The notes under the pieces: model-generated | Database searches by the model: none | Told to the model about the DNA's origin: nothing | Seen by the model: only the letters and a program-made list of their open reading frames with translations | Position numbers and translations under genes: made by a program | Part shown: piece after piece, positions 41,701 to 52,541 of the stretch | Layout of the letters: every line of letters begins with the position of its first letter | How positions within the stretch are numbered: position 1 is the first letter of the stretch | Origin: Vicinamibacterales bacterium | GTDB lineage: Bacteria > Acidobacteriota > Vicinamibacteria > Vicinamibacterales > UBA8438 | Length of the DNA stretch: 64,000 nucleotides | Direction of reading: 5' to 3' | Assembly (NCBI GenBank): GCA_029940535.1 | Contig: JAPYUM010000014.1 | Span: 1,007-65,006 of the forward strand

Positions 41701-42558
41701 CTAGACCCTGACCGAACGGCGCAGGGGCTCCTCCCGGGCGGAGGCTACCACCACCACGTAGTTGCTGGGATTCCGGGAGTTGGCGACCACGACCCGATTG
41801 GTGCCCGAGATGAAGGCGACGCCGGAACTGTCGTCGGCGAGGCGGAGCGGCGTGTCGCTCAGGCTGCCTGACAGATCAGCCGGGTCGAACAGATAGAGTC
41901 CTGCCGTGGCACCGATCACGGCCCCGCGCGTGCCGGCGTCGTTCAGAGCCAATCCCTCCACGAATGGCGCCACCTCGACCCGCTCCACTTCCTCCAAGGC
42001 GGCCAGATCGTAGACGGCCACGCTCCCATTGGTCTCGGCTTCGCCGAAGAGACTGACAAAAGCGTGGCCGAGGCGTTCGTCGATGGCCACCATGATCGGG
42101 AGGTCGTCGGTTGGGAACTCGGCCAGCACCTGTCGAGTGGTGAGATCCAGAATCACCACCCCAGACCCGGTGTTCGGGAGCGTGTCGGTGTCGACCCCGA
42201 GTCGTTCGCCGACAAACGCCAAGACTCCTTGCGATAGCAGCACGACGGCTCGCGTGCCGTCGGCCGTGATGGCCATGGTCAATGGGCCCTGCTGGTCCGC
42301 GGGCGCGAGCTGCAGGCGTTCGACCAACGCGCTGTCGCGCGTGCCGTCGGAGGCGACCAACGCGTCTAGATCGAAGAACGAAACGCTGCCGTTGAAGAGG
42401 TCGGCGGAGATGGCCAGCGTGGTCGGGGCTGTTTCAGCCGAGGGTGACTCCACCGAGGCGGGGGGCTCCGCGTCCCCGGAGCAACTGGCGATCAGGAGAG
42501 ACGCCAGGACGGCCGGAAGCATCGACCAGCGTGTCCGGCGTTCAGTGGTCAGCGACAT
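41701..42558 (-). CDS. Lipoprotein with YncE/YVTN-like beta-propeller repeats
   Basis: Start moved to the ATG at 42558 (MSLTTERRTRWSMLPAVLASLLIASCSG, lipobox-like LIASC). The longer ORF would overlap the upstream gene. Repeated ...DG.RAVV.../...VYDL... blades. Confidence 0.55.
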   Translation of the reverse strand: MSLTTERRTRWSMLPAVLASLLIASCSGDAEPPASVESPSAETAPTTLAISADLFNGSVSFFDLDALVASDGTRDSALVERLQLAPADQQGPLTMAITADGTRAVVLLSQGVLAFVGERLGVDTDTLPNTGSGVVILDLTTRQVLAEFPTDDLPIMVAIDERLGHAFVSLFGEAETNGSVAVYDLAALEEVERVEVAPFVEGLALNDAGTRGAVIGATAGLYLFDPADLSGSLSDTPLRLADDSSGVAFISGTNRVVVANSRNPSNYVVVVASAREEPLRRSVRV

Positions 42559-42644
42559 TAGTGTCCTTCTGAGTCGTGTGGCAGCGCCCGGAAGATCGGG
42601 GCTCATGTGCCCGCATGCCCGGGTCGTCGAGGGCTGAGCCGCCG

Positions 42645-44102
42645 CTACGGTGAGAGACGGCGAACCTTGATGTTCCGGAACGCCACCGGGTCCCCATGGT
42701 CCTGGATGGCGAGATGACCGCTCGTTTCTCGGCCATACCTCGGGATGTCGGCGAACTTGCTGGCCAGGACTCCGCGCTGCCAGTCGGCGCTGCCCAATTC
42801 GTATTCCAGCAGCTTCACGCCGTTCATCCAGTGTTCGACATGGGTGCCCTTGACGAAGAGGCGAGCGGTATTCCATTCGCCGACCGGGCGGGTGACGTCA
42901 CGGACCGGTGGGTGCACGGCGTAGTTGCTGCCGGCTGAGGTGATGGGCGCCTCGCCGTCACGGTGCCCGGCGTTGTGCAGTACCTGGAACTCTGGTCCGG
43001 TGTGCCATGGCGGCCCGTCCGTCTCGGCGACCCGGAACATGACTCCACTGTTGCCGCCCTGCTGCACCTGCCAGTCGAACCGGAGCTCGAAATCGTCAAA
43101 CTGTTCGACGGTGACGAGGTCGCCACCCTGACCCACACGTGCGAGGGCCCCGTCGACCGCACGCCAGCCCTCGGGTCGGTCTTCTCGTTTGTAGCCTCGC
43201 CACGACGCCAACGACTCGCCGTCGAACAGCAGCCGCCAGCCCGCCGCCGTCTCTTCGGGAGTGAGGGTGTTCTGGACGGTCTGGGTGGTCAGGGACGCTC
43301 GGTTGCCCATCGTCCAGTTGATGCCTTCCAGCAGGTGTCGCTGGAACCGCGCGTCGTCCCAGACCTCGGGACGATGCCCCAGCGCGGTGTAGAACACCCG
43401 ACCGGCCCCTTCCTCTCGGGTCCAGGCCAGCGCAAAGTCACCGTCGTTCCGCTTGATACCGCGCGCGGTCATGTCGACCGAGCTCACGTCGAGGCTCAGC
43501 AGCACGTCAACCGTGTCGCGCGACCAGTCGCGGTGTTGGTATATCTCGTCGTGAATCCGAAACGATTCACCCAGATGCTGGGTGGACGGGTGGGCCCCGT
43601 CTTCCACGCGGACGGTGACCTCCTGGTGCCACGGGTGGCCATCGAAATATCCGCCGATGAGGGCGAGGTACCCGGGCCAGTCGTAGAAGGTATCGGTGGC
43701 GCTATGTACCCCGACGAACCCGCCGCCAGCCCGCACGTAGGAGAGGAGGGCTGCTCGCTGTCCGGTATTCATCGGGAGCTCGCCGGTGGTGAAGAACACC
43801 ACCGCGTCGTACTGCCTGAGCGTGTCGGCGGTCAGCACTGAGGCGTCGTGCGACACCGTCAGATCGAGCTGATCCGATTCGGCCGCGAGGCGCGTCATGA
43901 CCTCCTCCGAATGGGGCAAGACAGGGTGCGGGAACGCGGCCGACTGGGTAAGGTAGAGCACCCTCGCCGGCGCGGCCTCCAGACCCGATCGTTGTCCGTG
44001 GCTCAGGAGTGAGACGGCAAGCATGCCAACGAACAAAGTGGTGTGTCGCACGGTGTTCTCCCTCACTCGGTCAGGTGCGCCCGCGTCAGACGGTAGGCTC
44101 AT
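42645..44102 (-). CDS. ThuA-like domain fused to a DUF1080 (3-keto-disaccharide-hydrolase-like) domain
   Basis: 485 aa. ThuA-type VVFFTTGELP...GGGFVGVHSATDTF...GGYFDGHPWHQ. C-terminal GWRLLFDGESLASWRGY...GGNSGVMFR...HLAIQDHGDPVAFRNIKVRRL is typical of DUF1080. Start may be 44102 or 44024. Confidence 0.8.
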   Translation of the reverse strand: MSLPSDAGAPDRVRENTVRHTTLFVGMLAVSLLSHGQRSGLEAAPARVLYLTQSAAFPHPVLPHSEEVMTRLAAESDQLDLTVSHDASVLTADTLRQYDAVVFFTTGELPMNTGQRAALLSYVRAGGGFVGVHSATDTFYDWPGYLALIGGYFDGHPWHQEVTVRVEDGAHPSTQHLGESFRIHDEIYQHRDWSRDTVDVLLSLDVSSVDMTARGIKRNDGDFALAWTREEGAGRVFYTALGHRPEVWDDARFQRHLLEGINWTMGNRASLTTQTVQNTLTPEETAAGWRLLFDGESLASWRGYKREDRPEGWRAVDGALARVGQGGDLVTVEQFDDFELRFDWQVQQGGNSGVMFRVAETDGPPWHTGPEFQVLHNAGHRDGEAPITSAGSNYAVHPPVRDVTRPVGEWNTARLFVKGTHVEHWMNGVKLLEYELGSADWQRGVLASKFADIPRYGRETSGHLAIQDHGDPVAFRNIKVRRLSP

Positions 44103-44146
44103 TCTACCCCTCCCGCCGGCTCATGCTACAGTCTCGCCCATTCGCT

Positions 44147-45646
44147 ATGGCTGTACTCGGCATCGATATTGGCACCGGCGGCTCGCGAGCGGTGATCGTG
44201 GACGATATGGGACGGGTCTTGGCGTCATCGACCCAGGCCCACGTGCCGTTCGACTCGCCCCAGACCGGCTGGGCCGAGCAGGATCCGGACGACTGGTGGC
44301 ACGCCGCGCAGGTGGCGATCCGGGCGGTCCTGACCGACGGTCCCGTCACCTCGGCTGACGTCCGGGCCGTCGGGCTGTCGGGGCAGATGCATGGCGCGGT
44401 GCTGCTCGACGAAGCCGGCGTCGTCGTGCGCCCCGCCATCATCTGGTGCGACCAGCGCACCGACGCGCAATGCCGCTGGCTGACGGACCAGATAGGCGCG
44501 TCCCGTCTGAACGATCTGGTGAGCAACCCGGCGTTGACCGGGTTTACGTTGCCCAAGCTCCTCTGGGTCCGGGAGCAAGAGCCGGCGCGCTGGGACCGCG
44601 TGCATACCGTGCTGTTGCCAAAAGACTACGTGCGGTGGCGTCTCACCGGCGAGCGTGCCACCGACGTGGCGGATGCCTCCGGCACGTTGTTGTTCGATGT
44701 CGCTCACCGGTGCTGGTCGTCCGCGATGCTGAGTGCGGTGGGGATGGATGCGGCCTGCTTGCCACGCGCCCACGAGGGGCCGACGGTGACCGGCCTCGTC
44801 ACCGCTCAGTCGGCCGACGCGACCGGGTTGCGGCCAGGGACACCGGTGGTGGCCGGTGGCGGCGACCAGGCCGCCGGCGCGGTGGGGATGGGTGTGGTCA
44901 GACCCGGCACGGTGAGTGCCACGATTGGGACGTCAGGTGTCGTCTTTGCCGCAACCGACCGACCGGCGCTCGACCCTCGCGGTCGCGTGCACACCTTCTG
45001 TCACGCGGTGCCCGGTCGATGGCACGTCATGGGCGTGACGCAGGGCGCGGGTCTGTCGTTGCGGTGGCTCAGAGACATTTTTGGCATCAGTCGTGGCCCG
45101 GCGCATGCCACCGGCGATCCCTACGACCAGCTTTGCGAGGAAGCGGCGCAGGCCCCACCCGGGGCGGACGGCGTCATGTGGGCGCCGTATCTGATGGGAG
45201 AGCGGACGCCTCATCTGGACCCGCACGCCCGGGCCGCCCTGGTCGGCCTGTCGGCATCGCACACCCGGGCTCATGTGACGCGGGCCGTGCTCGAGGGGGT
45301 GGCATTCAGTTTGCGAGACACGTTCACCATTCTTGAAGAGATGGGCGTGCCCACCACACAGATTCGTCTCGGCGGCGGCGGGGCGCGGTCCAGGTTGTGG
45401 CGGCAGATACAGGCCGACGTGTATGGCCATGACGTCGAGCTGTTGGCGGCGGAGGAGGGGGCAGCGTATGGGGCGGCGCTGCTCGCTGGCGTCGGGGCGG
45501 GGCAGTGGGCGACGGTCGAGGAGGCCTGTAGTTGTGTCGTGCGGGTCACCGAGACGGTGACGCCAGTGGCGGCTGACGTGGAAGTCTTGCGCACACGTTA
45601 CGATCGCTTCCGCACGCTCTATGCGGCGCTGCATCCAGCGAGTTGA
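44147..45646 (+). CDS. xylB: Xylulokinase (FGGY carbohydrate kinase)
   Basis: Start at 44147 (MAVLGIDIGTGGSRAV). FGGY motifs throughout, ~499 aa, immediately upstream of xylA. Confidence 0.85.
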   Translation: MAVLGIDIGTGGSRAVIVDDMGRVLASSTQAHVPFDSPQTGWAEQDPDDWWHAAQVAIRAVLTDGPVTSADVRAVGLSGQMHGAVLLDEAGVVVRPAIIWCDQRTDAQCRWLTDQIGASRLNDLVSNPALTGFTLPKLLWVREQEPARWDRVHTVLLPKDYVRWRLTGERATDVADASGTLLFDVAHRCWSSAMLSAVGMDAACLPRAHEGPTVTGLVTAQSADATGLRPGTPVVAGGGDQAAGAVGMGVVRPGTVSATIGTSGVVFAATDRPALDPRGRVHTFCHAVPGRWHVMGVTQGAGLSLRWLRDIFGISRGPAHATGDPYDQLCEEAAQAPPGADGVMWAPYLMGERTPHLDPHARAALVGLSASHTRAHVTRAVLEGVAFSLRDTFTILEEMGVPTTQIRLGGGGARSRLWRQIQADVYGHDVELLAAEEGAAYGAALLAGVGAGQWATVEEACSCVVRVTETVTPVAADVEVLRTRYDRFRTLYAALHPAS

Positions 45647-45658
45647 GGAACTTCCACC

Positions 45659-46828
45659 ATGGCGAGTGATGCGTTTGCCTCACGGCCCGAGCACAAGTTC
45701 TCGTTTGGCCTGTGGACCGTGGGGAATCCGGGTCGCGATCCGTTCGGCGAGCCGGTGCGTCCGCGTCTGTCACCTGTACAACTGGTGGCGCTGCTCGGCG
45801 AGGTCGGCGCCTGGGGCGTCAACCTGCATGACAACGACCTGGTGCCGATCGACGCCACCGCGGCCGATCGCGATCGGATCGTGCGCGACTTCCGGCACGC
45901 ATGCCGAGACCACGGTCTGGCGGTACCAATGGTGACGACCAATCTGTTCACCGATCCGGCATTCAAGGATGGGGCGTTCACCGCCAACGACCCGGCCGTG
46001 CGGGCGCTCGCGGTCCAGAAGGCGATGGGCGCGATGGACCTGGGCGCCGAGCTCGGGGCCAGGATCTTCGTCATGTGGGGTGGTCGTGAGGGGACGGAGA
46101 CCGACGGGTGTCGTCGGCCCGATACGGCCATTCAACGGCTGCGCGAAGCGGTCAACTACCTGTGTGAGTATTCGCTCGACGCGGGGTACGACTACCGGTT
46201 TGCGTTGGAGGCGAAGCCGAACGAACCGCGAAGCGACATCTACATGGCGACCACGGGCGCCTATCTGGGGTTCATCGCGACACTGGAGCACCCGGAGTTG
46301 GTGGGGGTCAATCCCGAAGTCGCGCACGAGCACATGGCGGGGTTGAACATGACCCACGCCGTGGGACAGGCCTGGGAAGCGGGCAAGCTCTTTCACATTG
46401 ATCTGAACGACCAGGTCATCGGCCGGTACGACCAGGATTTCCGTTTCGGCGCCGCGAACCCGAAGGCGGCGTTCTGGCTGGTCAAGTTTCTGGAAGAGGT
46501 CGGCTACGACGGCCCCCGCCACTTCGACGCGCACGCCTATCGGACCGAGGGGCCCGAGGGGGTCAAGGACTTCGCGCGGGGATGCATACGCACCTATCTG
46601 ATCTTGAAAGACAAGGCAGCCCGCTGGGCCGCCGATCCGGAGATCCGCGAGCTGGTGGCTGGTTTTGCGGGGAGCTCGCAACCGGCGCCCCCGGTAGGTC
46701 GGTACTCTCCGGCCGGGGCGTCCGCGATCAAGTCACACCGGTTCGACCGAGTCGCGCTCGGTGCCCGGGAACTGTTCTACGAGCGGCTCGATCAACTGAC
46801 GACGGAGATTCTGCTGGGGGTACGCTAG
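45659..46828 (+). CDS. xylA: Xylose isomerase, short class I (actinobacterial-type)
   Basis: 389 aa. N-terminal [19 protein letters not shown] and FHDNDL-like NLHDNDL; the length is typical of class I XylA. Confidence 0.9.
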   Translation: MASDAFASRPEHKFSFGLWTVGNPGRDPFGEPVRPRLSPVQLVALLGEVGAWGVNLHDNDLVPIDATAADRDRIVRDFRHACRDHGLAVPMVTTNLFTDPAFKDGAFTANDPAVRALAVQKAMGAMDLGAELGARIFVMWGGREGTETDGCRRPDTAIQRLREAVNYLCEYSLDAGYDYRFALEAKPNEPRSDIYMATTGAYLGFIATLEHPELVGVNPEVAHEHMAGLNMTHAVGQAWEAGKLFHIDLNDQVIGRYDQDFRFGAANPKAAFWLVKFLEEVGYDGPRHFDAHAYRTEGPEGVKDFARGCIRTYLILKDKAARWAADPEIRELVAGFAGSSQPAPPVGRYSPAGASAIKSHRFDRVALGARELFYERLDQLTTEILLGVR

Positions 46829-46981
46829 CACCGGGTGACGTATGTTCCCAGTGCCTGGCTGGGCGTGCGCCTGGTGCGAGGACGACACACCGGGTGAACG
46901 GGAATGTAGAATTGGGCCGGTCTCGACGACATTCGTGTCGAGCCGGGCACGGAGAATGCGGAGATCGCTGGGTCTTACGGG

Positions 46982-46996
46982 TGGCCCGCGTCTTGC
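46982..46996 (+). promoter_or_regulatory. Candidate sigma-54 (-24/-12) promoter upstream of glnII
   Basis: TGGCCC-GCGTC-TTGC versus the consensus TGGCAC-N5-TTGC (one mismatch; GG and GC spacing exact). Lies 117 nt upstream of the ATG at 47113. Confidence 0.35.
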
Positions 46997-47112
46997 TCTC
47001 CATCAAGACCATTAGAATGACCTGCGCCCGGACGGCGCGCGTGACGAACGACCTGGAGAGGCTTTTTTTCGGATAGACAACCGGTACAGACGGACAGGGA
47101 GGAACACGAACA

Positions 47113-48123
47113 ATGCCAAGCAAATTGGAATACATCTGGTTGGACGGGTACAAGCCCACCCAGAGCCTGCGATCGAAGACCCGCGTGCAGCGAGATTTCG
47201 GCGGCACGCTCGAAGAGTGCCCGATGTGGTCGTTCGACGGCAGTTCGACCGAGCAGGCGGCGGGCAACAACTCGGACTGTCTGTTGAAGCCGGTGGCGAT
47301 TTTCCCGGACCCTGAGCGCACGAACGGCTATCTGGTCATGACTGAGGTCATGAACGCGGACGGCACGCCGCACGTTTCGAACGGGCGGGCCACGATCGAT
47401 GACGACGATGACGATTTCTGGTTCGGATTCGAACAGGAGTATTTTCTCTGGGACGCGATGACGCACCTGCCCCCAGGGTTCCCGCCGGGCGGATACCCGG
47501 GGCCTCAGGGGCCGTACTATTGTTCCGTCGGCGCGAAGAAAGCCTACGGCCGCTCGTGCGTCGATGAACACCTCGACGCGTGCCTGGCCGCCGGCATCAA
47601 CGTCGAAGGGATCAACGCCGAAGTGGCGTCAGGCCAGTGGGAGTTCCAGGTGTTCGCCAAGGGCGCCAAACGGGCCGGTGATGAGACGTGGGTCGCTCGG
47701 TATCTGCTCGAACGCATCGGCGAAAAGTACGACTACGCGATCGAATTGCATCCGAAGCCACTGGGCGATACCGACTGGAACGGTTCCGGTATGCACGCGA
47801 ATTTCTCCAACACGGTGATGCGAACGTCCGGCAAGGAAGAGACGTTCACCAAGATTTGCGAGGCCTTCGGGGAGCGGATACCACGGCACATCGACGTCTA
47901 CGGCGCTCACAACGAACTGCGGCTCACCGGTGCCCACGAAACAGAGCGGTTGGACTCGTTCAGCTTTGGGGTGTCTGACCGGGGAGCCTCGATTCGCATC
48001 CCCGTCGGCACGATTGATGACGGCTGGAAGGGGCGTCTCGAAGATCGTCGGCCGGCGTCCAACGCCGACCCCTACAAGGTCGCGTCGGCCATCATCAAGA
48101 CGGTCAAGGAATCGGGCGTCTAG
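47113..48123 (+). CDS. glnII: Glutamine synthetase type II (eukaryote-like GSII)
   Basis: 336 aa. [68 protein letters not shown] and EDRRP, co-linear with rhizobial GlnII. Confidence 0.88.
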   Translation: MPSKLEYIWLDGYKPTQSLRSKTRVQRDFGGTLEECPMWSFDGSSTEQAAGNNSDCLLKPVAIFPDPERTNGYLVMTEVMNADGTPHVSNGRATIDDDDDDFWFGFEQEYFLWDAMTHLPPGFPPGGYPGPQGPYYCSVGAKKAYGRSCVDEHLDACLAAGINVEGINAEVASGQWEFQVFAKGAKRAGDETWVARYLLERIGEKYDYAIELHPKPLGDTDWNGSGMHANFSNTVMRTSGKEETFTKICEAFGERIPRHIDVYGAHNELRLTGAHETERLDSFSFGVSDRGASIRIPVGTIDDGWKGRLEDRRPASNADPYKVASAIIKTVKESGV

Positions 48124-48151
48124 GCCGACGACGTCTCGCGATACGCACGAC

Positions 48152-48194
48152 CGGGCAGGCCCTCGATACGTGACGAGGGCTTGCCCGTCTTTTT
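48152..48194 (+). terminator. Rho-independent terminator after glnII
   Basis: CGGGCAGGCCCTCG-ATACGTGA-CGAGGGCTTGCCCG (14-bp stem, one G-U pair) followed by TCTTTTT, starting 29 nt after the stop codon. Confidence 0.65.
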
Positions 48195-48244
48195 GTACCG
48201 CGTCCATCTTATCGGCGAGCGGGCGGTTGTGGTATGACTGTGCG

Positions 48245-49234
48245 ATGGCGCGACACGTCACGTTGTTCACTGGACAGTGGGCCGATCTACCGCTGGCGGA
48301 ACTGGCCCCGAAAGCGAAGGACTTCGGGTTCGATGGTCTGGAGCTCGCATGCTGGGGGGACCATCTCGATGTGGACCGCGCGGCCACGGACCAGGCGTAC
48401 TGCGACGGCCAGCGTGCGCTCCTCGACGGGCATGGGCTAGGGTGCTGGGCCATTTCGCATCACCTGGCTGGCCAGCTGGTCTGTGACCTCAATGATGATC
48501 GGTCAGACGCCTTCGCGCCCGAGACGGTGCATGGCGACCCGGAAGCGAAACGGCAGTGGGCCATCGACACGATGAAGCAGACCGCGCGCGCGGCCCGGAA
48601 TCTTGGTGTCGACGTCGTGTGTGGATTCACGGGGTCGCCCATCTGGCATCTGATCTACTCGTTTCCACCGGTGTCGGCCGAGATGATCGACACCGGCTAT
48701 CAGCGGTTCGCAGACTTGTGGCACCCCATCCTCGATGTCTTCGACGAGTGCGGCGTCCGGTTCGCGCTGGAGGTGCATCCGACTGAGATCGCGTTCGACA
48801 TCGTGAGCGCGCATCGGGCGCTCGAGGCAATCGGACGCCGGGAGGCGTTCGGGTTCAACTTTGATCCGAGCCATCTGCAATGGCAGGGGATGGAACCGGC
48901 ACGTTTCATCACGGAATTCTCGGACCGGATCTATCACGTGCACATGAAAGACGCGGCCGTCACCCTGGATGGACGGACCGGGATCTTGGGGTCGTATCTG
49001 GCGTTCGGCGCGGCCGAGCGTGGGTGGGATTTTCGGTCGGTGGGTCGTGGCGACGTCGACTTCGAGGCGATCATTCGGGCGCTCAACCAGAGTGGCTATC
49101 GTGGGCCGTTGTCGGTCGAGTGGGAGGACTCGGGGATGGATCGGGAGCACGGCGCCCGCGAGTCGTGCGAGTACGTCAAGGACATCGACTTCGAGCCGTC
49201 CCACGTCGCGTTCGACGCTGCGTTTGAAAAATGA
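48245..49234 (+). CDS. Sugar phosphate isomerase/epimerase (xylose-isomerase-like TIM barrel)
   Basis: Start at 48245 ([43 protein letters not shown]). The longer ORF overlaps glnII and its terminator. Typical AP-endonuclease-2/TIM-barrel family layout. Confidence 0.8.
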   Translation: MARHVTLFTGQWADLPLAELAPKAKDFGFDGLELACWGDHLDVDRAATDQAYCDGQRALLDGHGLGCWAISHHLAGQLVCDLNDDRSDAFAPETVHGDPEAKRQWAIDTMKQTARAARNLGVDVVCGFTGSPIWHLIYSFPPVSAEMIDTGYQRFADLWHPILDVFDECGVRFALEVHPTEIAFDIVSAHRALEAIGRREAFGFNFDPSHLQWQGMEPARFITEFSDRIYHVHMKDAAVTLDGRTGILGSYLAFGAAERGWDFRSVGRGDVDFEAIIRALNQSGYRGPLSVEWEDSGMDREHGARESCEYVKDIDFEPSHVAFDAAFEK

Positions 49235-50433
49235 TGAGTGACGAGCCAGCGATGACCGGTCCCGTGTCACGTGTGTTGCGGATGGGGATGGTCGGTGGCG
49301 GCCCTGGCGCCTTCATCGGCGACGTGCATCGGCGGGCGGCCTGTCTTGACGGCGATGTCCAGCTCGTGGCCGGCGCGTTTTCGACGAGCCCGACTCGGTC
49401 GCGGCGGAAGGGGAGCGACCTCGGGCTCAGCCGCCGCCGCAGCTATGGGTCGTACACCGAAATGATCGAGCGAGAGCTCGGGCTACCGGCCAGCGAGCGT
49501 ATCCATTTCGTCTCTATCGTGACCCCGAACCATGTGCACTTCCCGGTGGCGACTGCGTTTCTGGAAGCTGGGTTCCACGTGGTGTGCGACAAACCGATGA
49601 CGCTCACCGTCTCCGAAGCTCGATCGCTGAAGCAGACCGTGCGGAAGACCCGTCGAGTGTTCGCCCTCACGCACAATTACACCGGCTATCCCATGGTGAA
49701 GCTTGCGCGCGACATGGTAAGTCAAGGAGACCTGGGTGCGCTCCGCAAGGTCGTCGTGGAGTATCCGCAGGGCTGGCTGGCGACCCGGCTCGAGGACACG
49801 GGGATGAAGCAGGCCGCCTGGCGGACCGACCCGGCTCGCAGCGGGGGGGCCGGGTGCATGGGTGATATCGGCACCCACGCCGAAAACCTGGCTGAATACG
49901 TCACGGGCCTTCGGATTGTCGACGTGTGCGCCGACTTGACGACTTTCGTGCCGGGGCGTCGACTGGACGACGACGGCAACGTCTTGTTGCGGTTGCAGAA
50001 GGGCGTGCGGGGCGTCTTGCACGCCAGCCAGGTGTCGGTGGGCGAGGACAACGCGCTGTCGATCCGCGTGTATGGCGAGCACAAGGGGCTCGAGTGGCAC
50101 CAGGAAGAGCCCAACGTGCTCCGGGTGAAACCGGATCGCGCTCCGGTCCAATTGTGGAGCCGCGGGCACGACTACGTCGCGGCGAAAAGCCCCGCCGCCG
50201 CTCGGGCCAGCCGGTTGCCCGCGGGGCACCCGGAGGCGTTCCACGAAGCGTTCGCGAACGTCTATCGCAACGCTACCGACACCATGCGCGCGCGGCTGAC
50301 ACGCACGCGTCCGGACCCCCTAGCCCTGGACTACCCGACCGTGGACGACGGCCTGCGCGGCATGCTGTTCATAGAGGCGCTCCTGAAGAGCGCCCGCTCG
50401 ACCCGCAAGTGGACGCGCGTACCAGCGCGGTAA
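49231..50433 (+). CDS. Gfo/Idh/MocA-family NAD(P)-dependent oxidoreductase
   Basis: 400 aa. Rossmann start [22 protein letters not shown] start/stop overlap with the upstream isomerase gene. Confidence 0.85.
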   Translation: MMSDEPAMTGPVSRVLRMGMVGGGPGAFIGDVHRRAACLDGDVQLVAGAFSTSPTRSRRKGSDLGLSRRRSYGSYTEMIERELGLPASERIHFVSIVTPNHVHFPVATAFLEAGFHVVCDKPMTLTVSEARSLKQTVRKTRRVFALTHNYTGYPMVKLARDMVSQGDLGALRKVVVEYPQGWLATRLEDTGMKQAAWRTDPARSGGAGCMGDIGTHAENLAEYVTGLRIVDVCADLTTFVPGRRLDDDGNVLLRLQKGVRGVLHASQVSVGEDNALSIRVYGEHKGLEWHQEEPNVLRVKPDRAPVQLWSRGHDYVAAKSPAAARASRLPAGHPEAFHEAFANVYRNATDTMRARLTRTRPDPLALDYPTVDDGLRGMLFIEALLKSARSTRKWTRVPAR

Positions 50434-50523
50434 GCCCGCTTGGGTCTTCGTAGGCGCGGGTCTTCAGACCGACCATCCCGACTATCTAGCTCGACCCCCA
50501 CTAGCCAGCCCCATCCTCGGACC

Positions 50524-52515
50524 CTACGGCAGGCGCAGGGCCACCAACTCGGGGACCTCGCCGCCGATGGTGAGGGCGACATACTGCGCGCCGTCGTGCA
50601 TGTAGGTCATCGGGGTGCCCACGGCGCGGGCGGGAAGGTCGACCGAGGCGACGATCTCTCCGCTGGCCTTGTCTCTCGCGATCAGGCGTGGACCATCATC
50701 GGTCCCACCCGCCGTCAGCGCGCTGATGAGCAGAGTGCTGGTCAGTACCAGACCGGTCCGACCGTCTCCACCCAGAGGCGGGAGGTCGAGGTCGCGCAAC
50801 ATCGGATGATTGCGAATGCGGTTGCCGTCGCCATTTGGCTGCATCCACGCGTGGTCGCCCTCGTTGAGGTTGATGGCCGTCGTGCGCGTGTACGGCGGCT
50901 TGAGCAGCGGCAGCTCCTGTGGCATCCGGGGCTGGATTCCGGCCGCCAACCCACGCATGGTGTACCGGAGATTGCCCCCTTCAGCCGGGTCCGGCGTGTA
51001 GTACTTGATCACCGAGAATCGGTTCACGGACGGCACATACAGCAGTCCCGTCTCCGGGTCGGCGGCCGCTCCCGCCCAGCCGGCGCCGCCGCCGACGTGC
51101 GGGCGCTGAATGGTGCCCTGCAGCCCATCGTCGTAGCTCAACATCGGCGGGGTGAACAAGGGGCCGAGTCGAAAATTCGCCACCGCCTCGACCGCCATCG
51201 CCCGAATCTCAGGGGTGAAATCGACCAGATCGTCCACCGTCACACCCTGGTACTCGAAGGGCGGCGGCTTGGTCGGAAACGGCTGGGTCGGCGACAAGGC
51301 CTCGCCCTCCATGTCGCCGTCGGTCGCCACCGGACGTTCCTCGATTGGCCACACCGGGTCGCCGGTCGCCCGGTCGAACACGTAGGTGAATCCCTGTTTG
51401 CTGACCTGCGCCACCGCCTTGGTCGTCCGCCCGTTGGCGTTGATGTCAATCAGGGTCGGCGCGGCGGGGAAGTCGTAGTCCCACACCCCGTGGTGCACCG
51501 CCTGGAAGTGCCACATGCGCTGGCCGGTCTCGATGTCGAGCGCCACCAGGCTTTCGGCAAACAGGTTGTCGCCGGGCCGGTGTCCCCCGTAGTAGTCCCC
51601 GGTCGGCGTCCCGATCGGCAGATAGATGTACCCGAGTTCGTCGTCCACACTCAGCATGGACCAGACGTTGGTGTTGCCCGAGTACCGCCACGATTCGTTC
51701 AACCAGGTCTCGGCGCCGAAGTCGTCGGCTTGCGGGACGGTCCGGAACATCCATTTGGTGTCGCCGGTCCGGGCGTCCACACCCTTGAGCCAGCCCGGGG
51801 GCGCCTCTTTCGTGGTCGTGCCGTCGGAAATCACGCTGGGGGTGACCACGATGTCGTGCGCGACGATCGGCGGCGAGGCGACGCCGAAGCGATTGCGTCG
51901 GTTGGCGCCAACGCCGCGTACGGCGCGCGGAAGCCCTTCCATCAGGTCGACGCGGCCGTTGTCGCCAAAGTCGAGTACCGGGGCTCCGGTGTCGGCATCG
52001 AGCGCGATCAGGTAGCCCTCGTTGGTCCCGAAGAAGATGCGCGTGTCGGTGATTCCAGGTCGGTCGTCGGACCAGTAGGCGACGCCGCGCGAGTTGTAGA
52101 AATGGGTCGGACGTCCGCCCAGATAGGCTTCGGGATCGTGTAACCACAGGGTCTCGCCGCTGGCGGCATCAACCGCCGCGACCTGATGCAGCGCGGTGGA
52201 AATATACAAGACGCCGTCGACCATCAGCGGGGTCGCCTGGAACATCCGGAACTGGATGCGCGGCACCGTCTCTCGAATGGTGTCGAGGTCGAGCGAGGCG
52301 TCGGCTGTTTGCCAGCGCCACGCCACACGCAAGTCGGCGAAGTTGGTGGCGTCGATCTGATCGAGCGGAGAGTATTTCGTGCTCCCGAGGTCGCCCCCAT
52401 AGCTGCGCCACTCGCCGTTCGCCGCGCCGTATTGCGCCGCCGCGGTGACCGGCGCGGCGAGTATCGCAACGCCACTCAGGATTCCGACGATGGCTTGAGT
52501 CACCAGGTTGTGCAT
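50524..52515 (-). CDS. PQQ-dependent dehydrogenase, soluble glucose/quinate/shikimate-like type (PQQ-D), close paralog of PQQ-B
   Basis: Start at 52515 (MHNLVTQAIVGILSGVAILAAPVTAAAQ, GGGGAG Shine-Dalgarno). EWRSYGGDLGSTKYSPLDQIDATNFADLRVAWRW. Long identical stretches with PQQ-B, e.g. GQRMWHFQAVHHGVWDYDFPAAP. Confidence 0.9.
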   Translation of the reverse strand: MHNLVTQAIVGILSGVAILAAPVTAAAQYGAANGEWRSYGGDLGSTKYSPLDQIDATNFADLRVAWRWQTADASLDLDTIRETVPRIQFRMFQATPLMVDGVLYISTALHQVAAVDAASGETLWLHDPEAYLGGRPTHFYNSRGVAYWSDDRPGITDTRIFFGTNEGYLIALDADTGAPVLDFGDNGRVDLMEGLPRAVRGVGANRRNRFGVASPPIVAHDIVVTPSVISDGTTTKEAPPGWLKGVDARTGDTKWMFRTVPQADDFGAETWLNESWRYSGNTNVWSMLSVDDELGYIYLPIGTPTGDYYGGHRPGDNLFAESLVALDIETGQRMWHFQAVHHGVWDYDFPAAPTLIDINANGRTTKAVAQVSKQGFTYVFDRATGDPVWPIEERPVATDGDMEGEALSPTQPFPTKPPPFEYQGVTVDDLVDFTPEIRAMAVEAVANFRLGPLFTPPMLSYDDGLQGTIQRPHVGGGAGWAGAAADPETGLLYVPSVNRFSVIKYYTPDPAEGGNLRYTMRGLAAGIQPRMPQELPLLKPPYTRTTAINLNEGDHAWMQPNGDGNRIRNHPMLRDLDLPPLGGDGRTGLVLTSTLLISALTAGGTDDGPRLIARDKASGEIVASVDLPARAVGTPMTYMHDGAQYVALTIGGEVPELVALRLP

Positions 52516-52541
52516 GATTGTCTCCCCACGGCGGCCGTGCA

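Noticed and set aside
46829-47112. Glutamine riboswitch (glnA RNA motif) upstream of glnII
   Set aside because: I could not recognise the compact three-stem glnA motif by eye. It would need a covariance-model scan, so it is not claimed.
50440-52143. 567-aa plus-strand ORF (and its counterpart at 6957-8450) antisense to PQQ-D and PQQ-B
   Set aside because: The two look conserved only because the sense genes are paralogs. There are no motifs, and the composition is typical of antisense frames.
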